Below the pieces are notes generated by a model. The model was given only the letters and a program-made list of their open reading frames with translations. It ran no database searches and was not told the DNA's origin. This document shows, piece by piece, positions 39,900 to 54,034 of a stretch of DNA of 64,000 bases. The position numbers and the translations under genes were made by a program. This stretch comes from Octopus bimaculoides. Lineage: Eukaryota. How positions within the stretch are numbered: the stretch's first letter is position 1; each line of letters opens with the position of its first letter. The stretch spans positions 42,942,540 through 43,006,539 of the forward strand of contig NC_068981.1 in assembly GCF_001194135.2 (NCBI RefSeq), given 5' to 3'.

Positions 39900-41760
39900 T
39901 TATTGAACTGCTAAAGGAAGGGAAGATCACATGTGGTAGATTTCAAAACTGTTTAAGATAGTTCCTGTGATTCAATACAGAAGGAATAAAGTGGTGTATA
40001 AGGCGCTTTAACTCCGAATACTGATGGCCTTAAGAATGAAGTTACCAGAGTAGACAGTTTGTCTTACAAACCAAATTCAAAAGTTTTTGCTACTTTTTCT
40101 TTGAGGTGAACTGAAAATAAATGTAGACATGGAACATTTTTCAATTCTAAGGGCTGGAGAGTGTTGCAAGAGAGAAATGGTGCAAGTAAGGAAATATAAT
40201 GGATACTTTTAAGGCCATTTACACTACAAAAAGTTAAAGTAAATATTTTAGTCAAAATTCTGGCAGAGTAAAGAATTGTATAAAATTCTATGATTTTGAG
40301 ATCTATCAAGAAAACTCACCATTTTATCAGTCAGTACAAAGTAGAGTGGGCTGATATAGCTCTACTTTCAGTGGACATTGACCATCTTGGCTCAAATATA
40401 AAAGTGTATGGCAAAATCAAACATCGATACTAGATGGCAGTTCTGTATGGTTTTGTTTGTAGTTTCATTTTCAGGTGCAATCATCAGAGTAAAGAGTTAG
40501 ATTTTTGGACACAGTTTTTTATTGGTTGTGTCAAGAGGTAAGTGGTGTGTCTATGACATTCATATACATCTGAGATAAGTAAGATCAATATCATTAAGAT
40601 TCCTCTTGAACAGTTGGAAATTAACAACTATAAGGGAAATTTATGCTGAGAAGGATTTCCAGATGGCTAACATTTTGAGGGAGAAAAACTGGATTTGGGT
40701 AATAAAAAGAGGAGAAATAAGTGAGTGCTTGTCTAGGTTACATGGGGCTGATATTTGGGAGTGGAAGTTTAGTGAGGAATAAAAGCATGTATCATCTGTG
40801 TAAATGGAGGGAACTGTAAGAATGTCATTGATGTGTAGAAGTAAGAATGTAGAAAGGAAAATTGAAACTTAGGGCCTGACAGAGTTGATAGGGCATCAAT
40901 CAGAGAAATCTCTCTCACTGCATCAACAAATACTGAAATTGTGTGATCTGGTAAGAAGTTACTAATTTGAGAGGCAAAATGTAATTTGTTGAAAATTTTT
41001 ATCAATGGTTACCTTCATAACCTTAAAATTGTTGAACATGACTTCAGGGACAGCAGTTGGCAGAGTCATTAGTTTACCTTTCTTGGGAATGGGATGCACT
41101 GTAGCAAGTTTCCAAAGACTGTGACAGATTCCAGTAGAGTGGGGGAGAGATTGTAAAGAATTTAAGAAAGATAGACACTAGATCTGAGGCTTGTTTGAAG
41201 AAACATTGTCATGTCCAGCATTCTTGTTAACCTGAAGAGGCCAAAGTGCAGTCATAAGTGCATGATGTTGAGGTTAGTGGAGAGGAAATTAATTGTTTTA
41301 GAAGAGATTTACCCAGTGGATGCATAATGTAGAGGTCTTTTGTATATGAGTACTGGACACAATATAATCAGGGTTGAGAAGTAAAGGAAAAGAGGATCAT
41401 GTAAAGGTGACACCTTGTCAAATGCAGTTTGAGAGGTAATGGAATGGGGAATAGAATGATGCATGGAAACATCCTTTATGGTTCAGGTAATGGTCTTAAT
41501 GGAGTTGTAGTGCTGGGTAAGGAATACCCAGTTTGTAGAGGTGGGAATATTTTCCAAGCGCTGTAATATAATATTTTTTGTCTGAACTGCTGCAGCCCAA
41601 CTATGAGAGAACCACTTTGTATTCTTGGTTGTATGTGGGATGTAGAAGATTTAAAACCCACTAAAATTAGAGTGATTGATGCAGTTGAAGATAATATCAA
41701 CAATTTACTAGTGTGCTACTTTTGGGCCAAAATACTTGGGGAGATCTGACCAGATTCAAG
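39900..41760 (-). pseudogene. Degraded CR1/L2-type LINE (RT domain to 3' end)
   Basis: WKLATVHPIPKKG, TFLLLHINDILTVPSIYTDDTCF (YADD-like) and TLQPLELKNVPCLHLF; many stops and deletions. Confidence 0.7.
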
Positions 41761-42967
41761 CACAAATTCTTTCACTTTTGTCATGAACGGTTCAAGTACC
41801 TATGGGGGAAAAAATCCGTTATCTTCTTTTCTTGCACAATAATCTTGAGATGCCTTGACTACTTATATGTTGACAGGCAATAAGGTTATATCATTGGCAG
41901 AGATTCAGAATCATCATATGTGAGACATACATTCCAATGCCACTTAACTATAAGCAAATTGTCTTAACCGTTTTGCATTTGAGCTGGTCATTTTAGGCCA
42001 AAATATTCTATCTGTTTTATGTTCAGACTGGCTATTTCTGACCTTTCACACCTACCTTACAATGTCATTCTAAAGATAAACAATCATATTTAAATCTCAA
42101 AGCTACAATATAATGCATTATTTATTCAAGACAATGTGAATAAATAAGTATTACATATGACAAAATAAATTGAATGCTAAAGGGTTAAGAGATTAGTTCC
42201 TGGAAACTGAAGTGCTGACACAGGTTTGCAGCCCTCAACCATAAAGGTCTCTCTTTGCATTTGATTTCCAACAGCAAGATCACTTTACATTTAATTGTGC
42301 CCTGGAAGAATTACTTTGCAGAAAGAGATGAAATGTTATAAGTATCAAGAAAGGATGCAGTGCTTCAGGGAGAAATTCATTGATTTATCATTTCTGTTGG
42401 TGTCACTAATTTTCATAGTCAGCTAAGAAAAGATTAAGGTGCACAGATAACAGAAAACAATACTGAAATGGTCAACTTTACTTTTTGTTCTTTAAGTATC
42501 AATAAAATAAAGATCAATATATATATTGAATCAATCTAACTCTATAGATCACAAAGGCCATAGAGTAGATGCATTGCAAGAGATGCATTTCCTACTTCCA
42601 TCTTTTGTTACAAGAACAATTTTCGTGTTTTCCACTATTTTTCTAATTACCAGATCATTAGTATTAGGTGTGATTTGGAAGACTTTAGCTGTCATTTCCA
42701 GCAAGTTGACGAACCAAATAGAGCTTTTATTATAATAATTATTAACCTGAATGGCAAGAACTAAGGTGTCATGATGTCATGTCACATGACTAAACCATTT
42801 AAAGTTTTCAATTTTATTCATACATGCTAAGACTGGTTCAGTCAAGTATTAACTTTCTTCAACAAATGACATCTATATGTATGTATTCTTACTCATACAC
42901 ACACACACACACATATATACACACAAATACATACATACATACACACACTTACATACATATATAGGTA

Positions 42968-43004
<37 letters not shown>

Positions 43005-43009
43005 GGTAT

Positions 43010-44059
43010 GAGAGGTATTGGTTTCAAGAAGACCCAAAAGATGTCAGGTAACGATAATACAGACATAGACTTGCCCAAATGCATCGATAAATTAACATTG
43101 ATATTTATTTTCACCATTGTTACAATTATCTGAGATGGAACTGTCAAAACGTGATATTCAAGTAATTTTTCTATTAAAATTAAAAAAAAAAGTGTAAAGT
43201 AGCTGAAACTGCTCATGATATCAATGAAACATGTGATGAGGAAATGACCAGTGAATGATCAGCTTGAAAATTCTTTAAGTAATTTTGCAGTGGAGACCTG
43301 AGCCTTGAAGATTGTGAGCAAAGTGGACGTCATTGATGATGGTCAATTAAAGACTGTCATTGAAAAAGATCCATGTAAAACTACTTGAGAACTGGCAAAA
43401 GAACTTCAAGTTAGTCAGAAAACTGCCCGCAACCATTTGCATGTGATTGGAAAATCAAAAAAGCTCGACAAATGGGTACCACATGATTTCAATGAAAATC
43501 AGAAAATGCGCAGATACGAAATTTGCTTGTTGCTTCTTCACTGTAACCAGACCGTTCTTGACCATATTGTAATTTGTGATGAAAAGTGGATTCTGTACAA
43601 TAATAAAAAACGTTCTTTGCAGTGGTTGGACCAAAATGAATTACTGAAAACCTTTCCTAAACCCGAGAAGGTTATGGTAACTGTTTAGTGGTGTACTACT
43701 GGACTGATCTACTATAACTTATTAAAACCTGGTTAACCATTACTTCAGAAACATATTGCCATGAAATAGCCAAAATGAATGGAAAACTGCTACTCCTCCA
43801 TCCCAGACTGGTCAACAGAAGAGGGCAAATCATTCAGTCTTCAGTCTTCAACCACACGTTTCACTTATGAAGCTCCAGAAGTTGAGGGAACTTGGCTATG
43901 ATGTTCTTCCCCATCTTAGACCTCTCTCTTACTGACTACCACCTTTTCAAGCACCTTGATGGTTTCCTGCGAGAGAAGGAATCAAAAAATCAAACTGATA
44001 CTGAAAGTGCATTCAAAGAGTTCATCAGTTCCAGAACTCCAGGTTTTTATGTTACCGGA
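43010..44059 (+). mobile_element. Mariner (Hsmar1/cecropia-like, DD34D) transposase pseudogene lacking the last ~20 codons
   Basis: ATG 43135 MELSKRDIQVIFL...KVAETAHDIN...GKSKKLDKWVPHDFNENQKMRRYE...DHIVICDEKWILYNN...KVMVTV...DYHLFKHLD...AFKEFISSRTPGFYVTG. Confidence 0.9.
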
Positions 44060-45092
44060 AAGGGAAAGAAGATGGAAGTGTATTACCTATGTCAAAACGT
44101 AAAAAAACATTCCAAATGCTCTTATTCTATCAAGACACCTGAATTTATTCAGGGAGTTAAGCAAAACATTGAAGACAATTCAAGAAAAATCAATGAGGTC
44201 AATTGCAAAAAATTTCATGCGTCAGAAAAAAAAAACAAAAAGGTTGTGCATAAAGACATCAGATACAAATCTTACATGATGAGGAGAAGTCAATTTATGT
44301 CAGCAAAAAAAAATGAAAACTGTTTAATCAGATTCAAAAGACATTTGAATAAACTTAAAAATCCATTAGAGGATGGTGTGATTTCGTTTTTCTCAGATGA
44401 GAAAAACTTTGATCAGGACCAGAAAACTAAAAGAAATGACTGATGGTAATGTGCAGACCTTTCTGAGGTTCCAAGAGTAATGCACACAAAATTTCCTGCA
44501 AGTGTCATGGTTTTGGGTGTTGTTAGCAATGAAGTACATGTGATGCCTCCTCACTTTTTTCCACAAAGCCTTAGGGTGAATGATGCTGCATCTATTGTGG
44601 TTCTGGATAAAGTTGTTAAGCTTTGGATCAACAGTGTATGCAATAGAAGACCTTCCAATAAGATTTTGCACCATCACACAAGACTCAAATGACACAAAAT
44701 TGGTTGGGTGACAATTTGCATGATCACATAACCCCCAACATTTGGCCTCCTAATTCTCCAGATCTCAATCCACTGGACTACTATGTATGGAGCATCACTG
44801 AGAAAAATGTTAACGAACACCCCCATAGCATCAAAGATTCTTTGAAAGCCACCATAGTTCAAGTCATGTCTGATATGAACAAAGACCACTTAATCCTAGC
44901 TTGTAAACGATTTCGACCCCACGTGGAGGCAGTTATTGATGCTTATGGTGGTTATATTGAATGAAATTATTACATTGATAATTTAGCTTTATGGTTATGC
45001 TATTTTTATAAAAATACAGTTTTTCCTGTTATTATATAAGCATTTTTTTTTTTAACAATAAATCTGTCCTCAAATACCATCTGCATCCTGTA
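44060..45092 (+). mobile_element. maT/Bmmar1-like (DD37D) transposase pseudogene with 3' terminus
   Basis: KTPEFIQ...HKDIRYKSY...FFSDEKNFDQDQK...MHTKFPASVMVLGVVSNE...IWPPNSPDLNPLDYYVW...GGYIE*; ends CCTCAAATACCATCTGCATCCTGTA. Confidence 0.9.
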
Positions 45093-45679
45093 TATTTCAT
45101 ATATATACATATATGTACACGTATATTTATGTACAAACACATGCACAAGTGAATGCGCATGTTAATACGTGTGTGTGAGTGTGTACACACACACATGCAC
45201 ACATGTATGCATGCAAGCACACACACAAACACACACAGTGAAGGGAAGAAATCAAATTGCAGGAATTTGCTGAATATTTCATTATTAGTAGTATGGAAAT
45301 TTTTAATCACAGCATTGCATCAGTTCCACTGAATCAACCACACAGCCCTTCTAACATCTATCACAGGTAAGTTCAGTAAGCCAAATTTGTTTTCTTCATA
45401 GAGAGCTTATGAAGTATTTGCATGATTTTTAAACCTTTTTTCATTTGATGTGTATACACACACATTATCATCATCATTGTTTAACGTCTGCTCTCCATGC
45501 TGGCATGGGTTGGACGATTTGACATGGAGCTGGGTCAGTTTCCATCTAACAAATTCTCTCATAATGCTGTGGTTAGCCAGGGACTAAAATAGAAGATACT
45601 TGGCCAAGGTACCACACAGTGGGAATAAACCCGGAACCATATTGTTAGGAAGCAAACTTACTATGCACCCACACTCATA

Positions 45680-45965
45680 CAGTCATCATCATTTAATGCC
45701 TATTTTCCATGCTGGTAAGGGGTGGATGGTTTGACAGGTGCTGGCAACGCAGAGAGCTGCACCAGGCTTCAGTAGTCTGTTTTGGTATGGTTTCCATGGC
45801 TAGATGCCCTTCTTAATGTCAACCACTTTACAAAGTGTACTGGTTGCTTTTTATGCGGAACCAACTTGGGTGCTTTTTATGTGGCATCAGCATCAGTGTT
45901 TTTTACATGGTACCAGCACAGATGCTTTCTATTTGGCAGCAGCATTGGTGCTTTTTGCGTGGCAT
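45680..45965 (-). mobile_element. RTE 3' tail with degenerate repeat units
   Basis: (CAT)n-TTTAATGCCTATTTTCCATGCTGG...GATGCCCTTCTTAATGTCAACC, followed by several GGTGCTTTTTA units. Confidence 0.7.
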
Positions 45966-46346
45966 TAGCAACTGAAGGAGTTCACCAAGCAACTTGCAAA
46001 ACAAAGATCTTTCAGCTGAGAGAAGTGGAACCGGGAGAAATGGTTGAGCGTGTGGAGAGAAGTTAGAGTATGATAGAGAGAGAGCAATAGCTATCTTACT
46101 ATGAAGGCGATACATGGATACCCTAGTGGGAGAAGCAAGGATAGGAACGTGGGAGAGAGTTTGACAGAAAGAAAGAGAGAGAGAGACAGTCAGAGTGAAA
46201 AAGAAAGAGAAAGAGAGGGAGAAGGCCTACCGATATGGGATGGTGGGGTGGGGGAGAATAAGTGGTACAACAGAGTTCCATAAAAATGTGAGGTGAGATG
46301 TTTAGAGATAGCAAATGATGGTGAGAGGAATTGCAGTGGCTGGGAG

Positions 46347-46349
<3 letters not shown>

Positions 46350-46425
<76 letters not shown>

Positions 46426-47060
46426 ATTTTCATTGTTACTTAAGCTCCAAGTTTATCACTTGTTAAACCACATTATTTTAACAATAGAATGTTATATAAT
46501 AACTGCAAGTTTGCCATTGAGTAAGAATATAATGATGAATACATTTAAAATTCTTCATTCAATTGTCATCCGGTTTCACCATTGTTTTTTAATCTAATGT
46601 TAAGATTCTGTTTTATATTATATTATACATACCTGTTATTTGAAATGTATTCAGTCATTTGAGAAGCAATGTTGGCAAAACTTCAAGTGAGGCATAATTT
46701 TCAAATGAAACCATATGACCTTTACTTCAAGTATTGAGTTCTGTTTTTTGCTAAATTATGAATTTGGGTATATGTGTGTGTGTATATGTATATTGACATA
46801 TATAAGTATACTTTTATATGTGCATATACATATATATCTAACTATACATATTTATATGTATATTTGCATATATGTATATGTGTGTATGTATTCATGTATG
46901 TATGCATGAATGTATGTATGTATGTATGTGTGCATGAATGTATATATATATATATATATATACACATATATATATGCATAAACAGACATAAACATATTCA
47001 TTTTATATATCTATATGTCTATATATGTATGTCTATATAAACACTTTATGCATATATTTG
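46350..47060. repeat. Compound (TA)n/(TATG)n microsatellite region
   Basis: Long TA run at 46350-46420 and degenerate TA/TG/TATG at 46770-47060. Confidence 0.9.
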
Positions 47061-48674
47061 TGTGTGCTTTTGCTTGTATATAAAGATTAAATGTATCTCA
47101 GCTGCAATCCTCAAGAGGCTGGGAATAAAATTTTAAACAACTAAGTACTAATAATTGTAAGTGAATTTTTTCTATATCTTTTTATTGATGTAAACTTTCA
47201 GATATGTACTTTACTCATTTATTTTTTCCTGAAATTTTACATTTTTTTTTCTCTCTCTCTCTAGTTAACTGTGAAAATAAACACAAACTAAAATCCTAAG
47301 TATGAAGCAAAAATCTCAGAAAGAAAGAAAATGTATGTTGAAGTGTTAACAAGTTGATGCAAATGCTTTTTATCTAATTTTTTAAAAATTGTTTCTTGTT
47401 GATTCTCTCAATTATGCTCTTCTGGATGAAAACTGTCAAAGTGAATTTTTATTATGTGAGAAATTAATAAATTTGTCATTGCCAAAGAAAGTAGTGAGTG
47501 ATTTTTCACTTGGAAATCTTGTTTCATTTCAATCCAGCTGATAAACATAAAAGTTTATAGATAAACCTGACTTTTATTTTTATGTTTTTCATTTTCTGAG
47601 CAATTCCCTCTATGGCGTAGTCAATTTGATGATTTCATTTATAGGAGGAAAAATTGTTTCTATTCAACAAATACATAAAATATAAATAAATGTAAAATAT
47701 AATAAAGAAATTAATAAATTTAGCAATTTGTGAAGAGAAAACAAAATCCAATTTTAATTTTCATCTTTTATAAACAACTTTACAAAAATAGAATGAATGA
47801 AATATAATTTCTACATTCATTTGTCTCTGCTGCCATATGTTTGATAATTTTTGAAATTAATAAAAATATATAATAATAAAATTTAATAATAACATTGAAT
47901 TTAAGTATACTTGTTTAAACTGGGATTTACTTTCTTAAAATAAACTCTTCATATGAGCTGAGTTTTGGTGGCTATAAATTGCACAAAGTTTCCAAACAAT
48001 TTTGATTTCCTGTTGTAGCTGTGTAACTTTACCTTACATCAGCAATGTCCTGAAATAGTTGCATTGTTATTCTCTATATTTAATGTCAGGTCAACCTTGA
48101 GAGAAAAGTCCAATGATCAAAATCCTCCCAGTTATAACCATCCCATGTTTTACTCCAACATAATGTATTGGGTATATATCTTTCTTATATTTAGACAGCT
48201 GGGTTCAATTTGGGAGAGATTTGATTGTTATTTTCTTAGCAGCTCGAGTATATGTGTAGGAATTTTAAGGTTTCAAGGGAGAATTGTGATTAATATTCAA
48301 AAAAGTGTAATGTATTTGTTTATACACATTCTGAAGAATTGTAGCTTGCTTTAATCTTAATCTGTGACTTTATTAAGTATTTTTGAGTATCACAGATTAA
48401 ATCAATAATCAAAGACATTTCAGTTTTAGTTATTTTTTTACTTATTCTAGACCCTTCTAATTACAAACTTTTGAGCCCATCATAATTGTAAAAGAAAACA
48501 TCAGGTATTAAATATGAATTCATATCTATTATCATTAAAAGAAAAGAAAGTTTTCTCAGTGTTATTTGTAGCAAAGCTTTATCAAATAATTCTGAGAAAT
48601 CAACAAAGTTAGAGCAATATTAGTAGAATATCTGTACTCAACTCAAGGACAAGAGGAAAATCTATTTTAGCATT

Positions 48675-50160
48675 ATAGGATTGCTTTCAAAAACATGAAG
48701 TTGGTTTCAATGGATGTATTCCAAAGAACAAAGTGAAAAGTTATCAAAGCTTATGTCATATAACTAAAGATAGCAAAGCAGAAAAAACTACACACAATTT
48801 GGCAAATTTTGATCAAAGCTTGTGTCCTAAAAATGATGGAAATTGTGCTGAGAAATGAATTGAGAAAAAACATTCCAGCAACTTCACTATCAATCAGTAC
48901 AGTTTGAAAAGGAAGCAGTGACAGGGCCACTGATATCAAGGATCAAGTTGTTCAGGAGTTCATGGTTGCTACATTTGATTTATTTTCAACTCAACTTGAA
49001 TCAACTGATGTGGCATTATGTTTCCAGTTGAGTTAGTTCTTGCAAGATATGTAAACCAGGTTCATTTAAAGAGAAGTTTCTCTTTTATTCTCTTTTAGAA
49101 ATAATCACCAAGCCTCAGATACTTTTGGAGAAGGTTTTCTCTTTCATGAAATCAGAAAATCCTTTGTGAGGTAATGTTTGAGGTAATGTTTGAGGTAATG
49201 TCTGTGGTGCTGTGTAGATGTAGCACCAACTATGTTGGGAATACAATCTGGATTTCAAGTTTAATTGAAACAGCAATCTACAAAGAGGAATAGCATTCAC
49301 TGCATAATCCATCTTTAAGTTCTTGTTCAAATACACTTCTGGCCCTATTGAAGAAATTTTGAGATGAAACAATTTAAACTGTGAATTTTGTGAAATGAAG
49401 AGCTTTCAACTTATGTCATTTTGACCCATTATATAATGTTATGGGGCTTTTTCCACTCATAAGTTCATTAATTTCGAAGATGAAATGTAACTCAATAAGT
49501 ATTTGAGTTTAGAGACGATCTTTTTGACATTCAGAGTAAAATGGAATTGTGTTTACCTGACTGAATAATAAGGAATACATCATGCACCTTGCTTATTTGG
49601 TTGATATTTTTGAGCAGCTGAATAAATGGAATTCGACATAAAAGAATGAATGTGAATATCCACAATAATCATTGATTCCCAGAAAGCTTTCTTAAAGAAA
49701 TTGGAAAATTGGAAGAGAAAGGTCAATATCAAAAATGTTGCGATGTTTGAGAAACTGTCATCAATTTTTGTTGTTGGCAATGAAGACTAAGTGTTTCGAA
49801 AATTTACAAAAAATAAAACTATGCAGCGTTTGACAGCACTAGAAAATTAATTCAGTCAATATTTTCCTGAATTCAGTGATGAGGAGCAGGATTTACTGTG
49901 AATTCCATTTAAAGTGTCATTTGAAAAGTTCTTGATTATTGTTATGATGAATTACTAGAGCTGAATAACAATTTGGGAGCAAAAGTTATATTTGATGAGA
50001 AACTAATAATAGAATTGTGGCCCTTGATGATTCCTATCCAAAGGTGTTGGAAAGAACTAACACATACATTGCATTTATTTGCCACGACGTATTTTCGTGA
50101 ATCAGGCATTTCAATTTTGTTGCAAACAAAAACAAAGCAACAAAGTAGATAGGAAAAAAA
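48675..50160 (+). pseudogene. hAT (Buster/Charlie-type) transposase pseudogene
   Basis: IKACVLKMMEIVL, FSTQLESTDV, VCxxVDVAPTMLGIQSGFQ, HLAYLVDIFEQLN and FATTYFRESGISILLQTKTK match Buster/ZBED8-family LQLDESTD, TDGAPAM, LAYLADIF and FATTYLCESGFS motifs; many stops. Confidence 0.85.
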
Positions 50161-52144
50161 AAAACAAATTACCTGCATTGTACCTTTTCAAGCATTCTTT
50201 TGAATATCAAAGAATTGGTCAAGAAAACACAATCACTGATTTATTATTGATTGTATTCACCAGAATAGAATTAATTATAATACTATGGTATTCTATTGAA
50301 CTTTTTAGTTTATTGAAATATATTTCAGTAGCTTTGGTCTGTTAAGTAATTAGTCTTGAATATAAAATCTACTTTAGTTTCAAAGGTGATCAACATTTTC
50401 AGATGTTATTAAATTTGTAAGACATCTTTATAAATATAATCCAAATGTACAAGTACTATCTTTAATCTTTTACTTGTTTCAGTCACTGGACTGTGGCCAT
50501 GCTATAGCACTGCTTTAAAGAGTTTTAGTCGAACAAATCAACCCCAGTACTTATATTTTGAAAGCCTGGTACTTATTCTATTGGCCTTATTGAATCACTA
50601 AGTACTATGGTAATGTAAAACTGATTGTGAAGTGGTGGTGGGGGACAAAAACACACACACATATATATATATAGTTCAAATTTACAGGAAGCAAAAGACG
50701 AAGATAGGTGAAGGAACAGCAAGCACGTGTATTAGTTTAATGCTCGGGAAGAATGGAAGTGTCTTTGATGTTTCAAACCTACACTCTTTGACAGAAAGCA
50801 TTGAAAGGAAAAAAACAGAGAGAGAAAAAAATGCGCAGAGATTAACAGTTCAACATGATGAAATGGCAAGGAGAAAGAGGCTGAATGAAAAGGAGATAAT
50901 AACAGTGACCCATGTGATTGAAGGTGTGGAAGTGCATGTGTGTATGTGAGAATGGTGTGTGTCAGTGTGTATGTGCAGATGGGGGCAAGTGCGTGAGTAT
51001 GTATGTGTGGGTGAGCTTAAAATTATGTGGGCCTATGTGTATAGGTATATAAATAATGTGTTGTGTGTACATTTTGAGGGATGATGTGCATTTCATGTAC
51101 TAGTGTGTATGTGTGTGTGTGTGTGTGTGTGTGTTTGTGTGTGAGTGTGTGTGTTTCATGGATTTCTTTCACTTTCTTTCTACCTAATTCACTTTCAAGG
51201 CTTTGGTTAGCCTGGAACTAAAGTTGAAGGCATACCATGCAGTGAGACTGAACCTGAGACCATGTGGCTGGGAAGCAAGCTATTTACCACACCATCACAA
51301 GTGCATCTATAATATAGAAACTAAAGAAAAAATTTCCATGTTATATGCCTATTATTTAGAATGAACACAAATTCTTAAACAACATAGAAAAGGACAGAAT
51401 GATGTTCTGAAACACAGTGGAAAGTTTACATTGAAAACCATTGGCATAGATGCTTCATAATTGGCTCATAATGGATGACTGGTTTATTATGAGACAACCA
51501 ACACATTTATCATAAATTTATGTTTGCCCATTGTCTCTGGTCAAGACAATTCTACTTGCCTCACTAGTTGAAGAATATCAGATGTAAATTATTATAAAGT
51601 GTTGTTGCTATTTAGATCTAAAAGCTTTTCAGAAATAACTATACTGTCTTTAATTTCAACATAATATAGCTTGCACTATATCATCCTATGTGTCTATTTT
51701 AAGATAATAAGGTGTAGTTTGAGGAATATTTGCTTGCTATTTCTAACAGGTTAAATGACCATGTACATGCTTTCTCATTAACTTGAATTAACATTGTAGA
51801 TATAGTGTAATGTTGCACAACAAACTTAAATGTCTTGAATTTCTGTTATAGTTGTTTAACCCCAGGTCAACCCTGACTGAGCCTATAAAAAAAGACAAAG
51901 AATATCAGAAAGAAAGAAAATATGAAAATGTGGAATTGAGAGCACCACAGAGTGGAAAGAACTGTATACTGCTTCTAAACTTCAAATACAGCTTCTAATG
52001 TCACTCTCAATATATTTCCATGCAGGTTAACTTGCTTATGTTAGTGCCATTTTGCTTTATCCAAGATGCAATAAAAAATTTTCAACATCAGGTAAAACTT
52101 CCATCTTTTATTCTATCCTCAAAATCATCATTAAATTGTTAACT

Positions 52145-52590
52145 AAGGTTACGAGTTGGCAGAATCATTAGCACACCCAGCAAAATCCTTAGCGGAATTT
52201 CATCTGTCTTTACATTCTGAGTTCAAATTCTGCAAGGTCGACTTTGCCTTTCTTCCTTTCAGGGTCGATAAAATAAGTACCAGATGAGACTGAGATCGAT
52301 GTAATCGACTTACCCTGCCCCCAAAATTGCTGGCCATGTGCCAAAATTTGAAACCAATATTTTAAGGTGGCAAGATGGCAGAATCGTTAGCATCCTGGGC
52401 AAGATGCTTAGCAGTATTTTGTCTGTCATTACGTTCAGAGTTCAAGTTCCATCAAGGTCGACTTTGTCTTTCATTCTTTCAGGGACAATAAATTAAGTAC
52501 CAGTGAAACACTGGGGTTGCTGTAATCAACTAGTCTCCTCCCCAAAAATTTCAGGCCTTATGCCTTTAGTAGAAAGGATTATTAAAACAT
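52145..52590 (+). mobile_element. Two tandem family C SINEs with different tails
   Basis: Both have TGGCAGAATC(G/A)TTAGCA heads and the GGTCGACTTTG(C/T)CTTTC...AAGTACCAG core. Tails are GTGCCAAAATTTGAAACCAATATT and ATGCCTTTAGTAGAAAGGATTATTA. Confidence 0.85.
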
Positions 52591-54034
52591 AAAATGTTAA
52601 GTTTAATTCCTATTCTCTATGCAGAAGCTTGAAGAACCTGTACTGGCTCTAATTTCTGTGAAGGGAAGTGAATGACTTAAAAAAATTATTTTATTAGTTT
52701 CTGTTGCAAAGATGGGACTCTACTTGAAGAGTTCTGCCAGTCGTATTGATCTCAGCTTTTATTTCAGCATGGCATTTTTTGCATTGATTTGTCTAAATGA
52801 TAAGCAATGGGGCATGAAGAAACAAAATACAAATAATTACAATTTTTAGACCAGTATAAACGCAAAAAACAGACATGGAAAGATACACACGTAGATGCAC
52901 ACATATGCAAACACACACATACACACACACGTTTAGACAAAACACTTTTGAGACTGTGAGGAAGCTCCTACATAGTCATTTGATCTGCATGAAAAAGCAC
53001 CCAAATCATCCTCAAAATTACACCATACCAACTTACAAAAGGGGAAGTCCACCATAGTAAATATAGTTCTTCAGGCACCTAAGAACATTGCATGGTCAGT
53101 AATAGAATGCCTTTTCCTGTATGCCCTCTATAATCAAACAGAAGCCCATATCTCGATAAACATGGAGAAATAATATTGAGTGACTCTCCTCCTCATATTC
53201 CAACTGAATAATACAAGATTATCAAAGCATGACATTGTAGTGGTACCAAATTGAATATTGCTATATGTATCATGACAGCAGACAAATTTAAAATCTTCAC
53301 AAGTGAAAATAAGGATTTCTCCATTTAAAAATTTCAATTTTGACAGATTGGATTCAGCTTGCTAGGAAATCAATTACAAGAGGAGCTTTAATATCTCACC
53401 TAAACTATTCTCTTTATTTCCATTCTTCATTACTTAAAATTTCTACTATAAAAGTCTTCCAATAACATCTTATTAAAAAATCTATTACAGAACATTTTTT
53501 CTTCTTTTTCTGCTGCCTTCCTGTAGCTTACATGTTTACTTACTCAAAGATAATAAATTTCCTAAATTGCCTATATTTCAAGTGAAAAATAAAGAAAATT
53601 TATTTTATTTAAATCTAAATTTAAAATTGGACTTTACACACAACAAAGATACATTGGTGATGGTGGAGGATTGACAAACTAGTTTTGATATTGGCAAAAT
53701 GCTTGAAATGTTTATTCCAGCTCTTTATATCCTAAGGTCAAATCTCATTGAGATCAACTTTGGCTTTCACCCCCTGGGCTTAAATAAGATAAAGTACTTG
53801 TCAGATACAAAGGACATTGGAATGCATTACAATGTTAGACTAGATCCCACATTATGGCTCAAACATGGGTTCCTATGGCAAGTGTAGTTACATAATGGTT
53901 TGAGTACACTACCAGCCCATAAAAAAGTTGTTGTGGACAGCTGGTCTAAATTCCTTTGTTTTAGTCTAGAGAAAGCATACATACATACATACATATGTAT
54001 CTACATACATACGTACAGACATACATACATACAT

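Noticed and set aside
43892-44443. 183-aa novel protein
   Set aside because: It is a read-through of two decayed transposases across their junction.
50755-50805. Hammerhead-like GAGTGTAGGTTTGAAACATC on the minus strand
   Set aside because: The core lacks CUGA and stems I and II do not pair. At most a decayed Penelope-like terminus.
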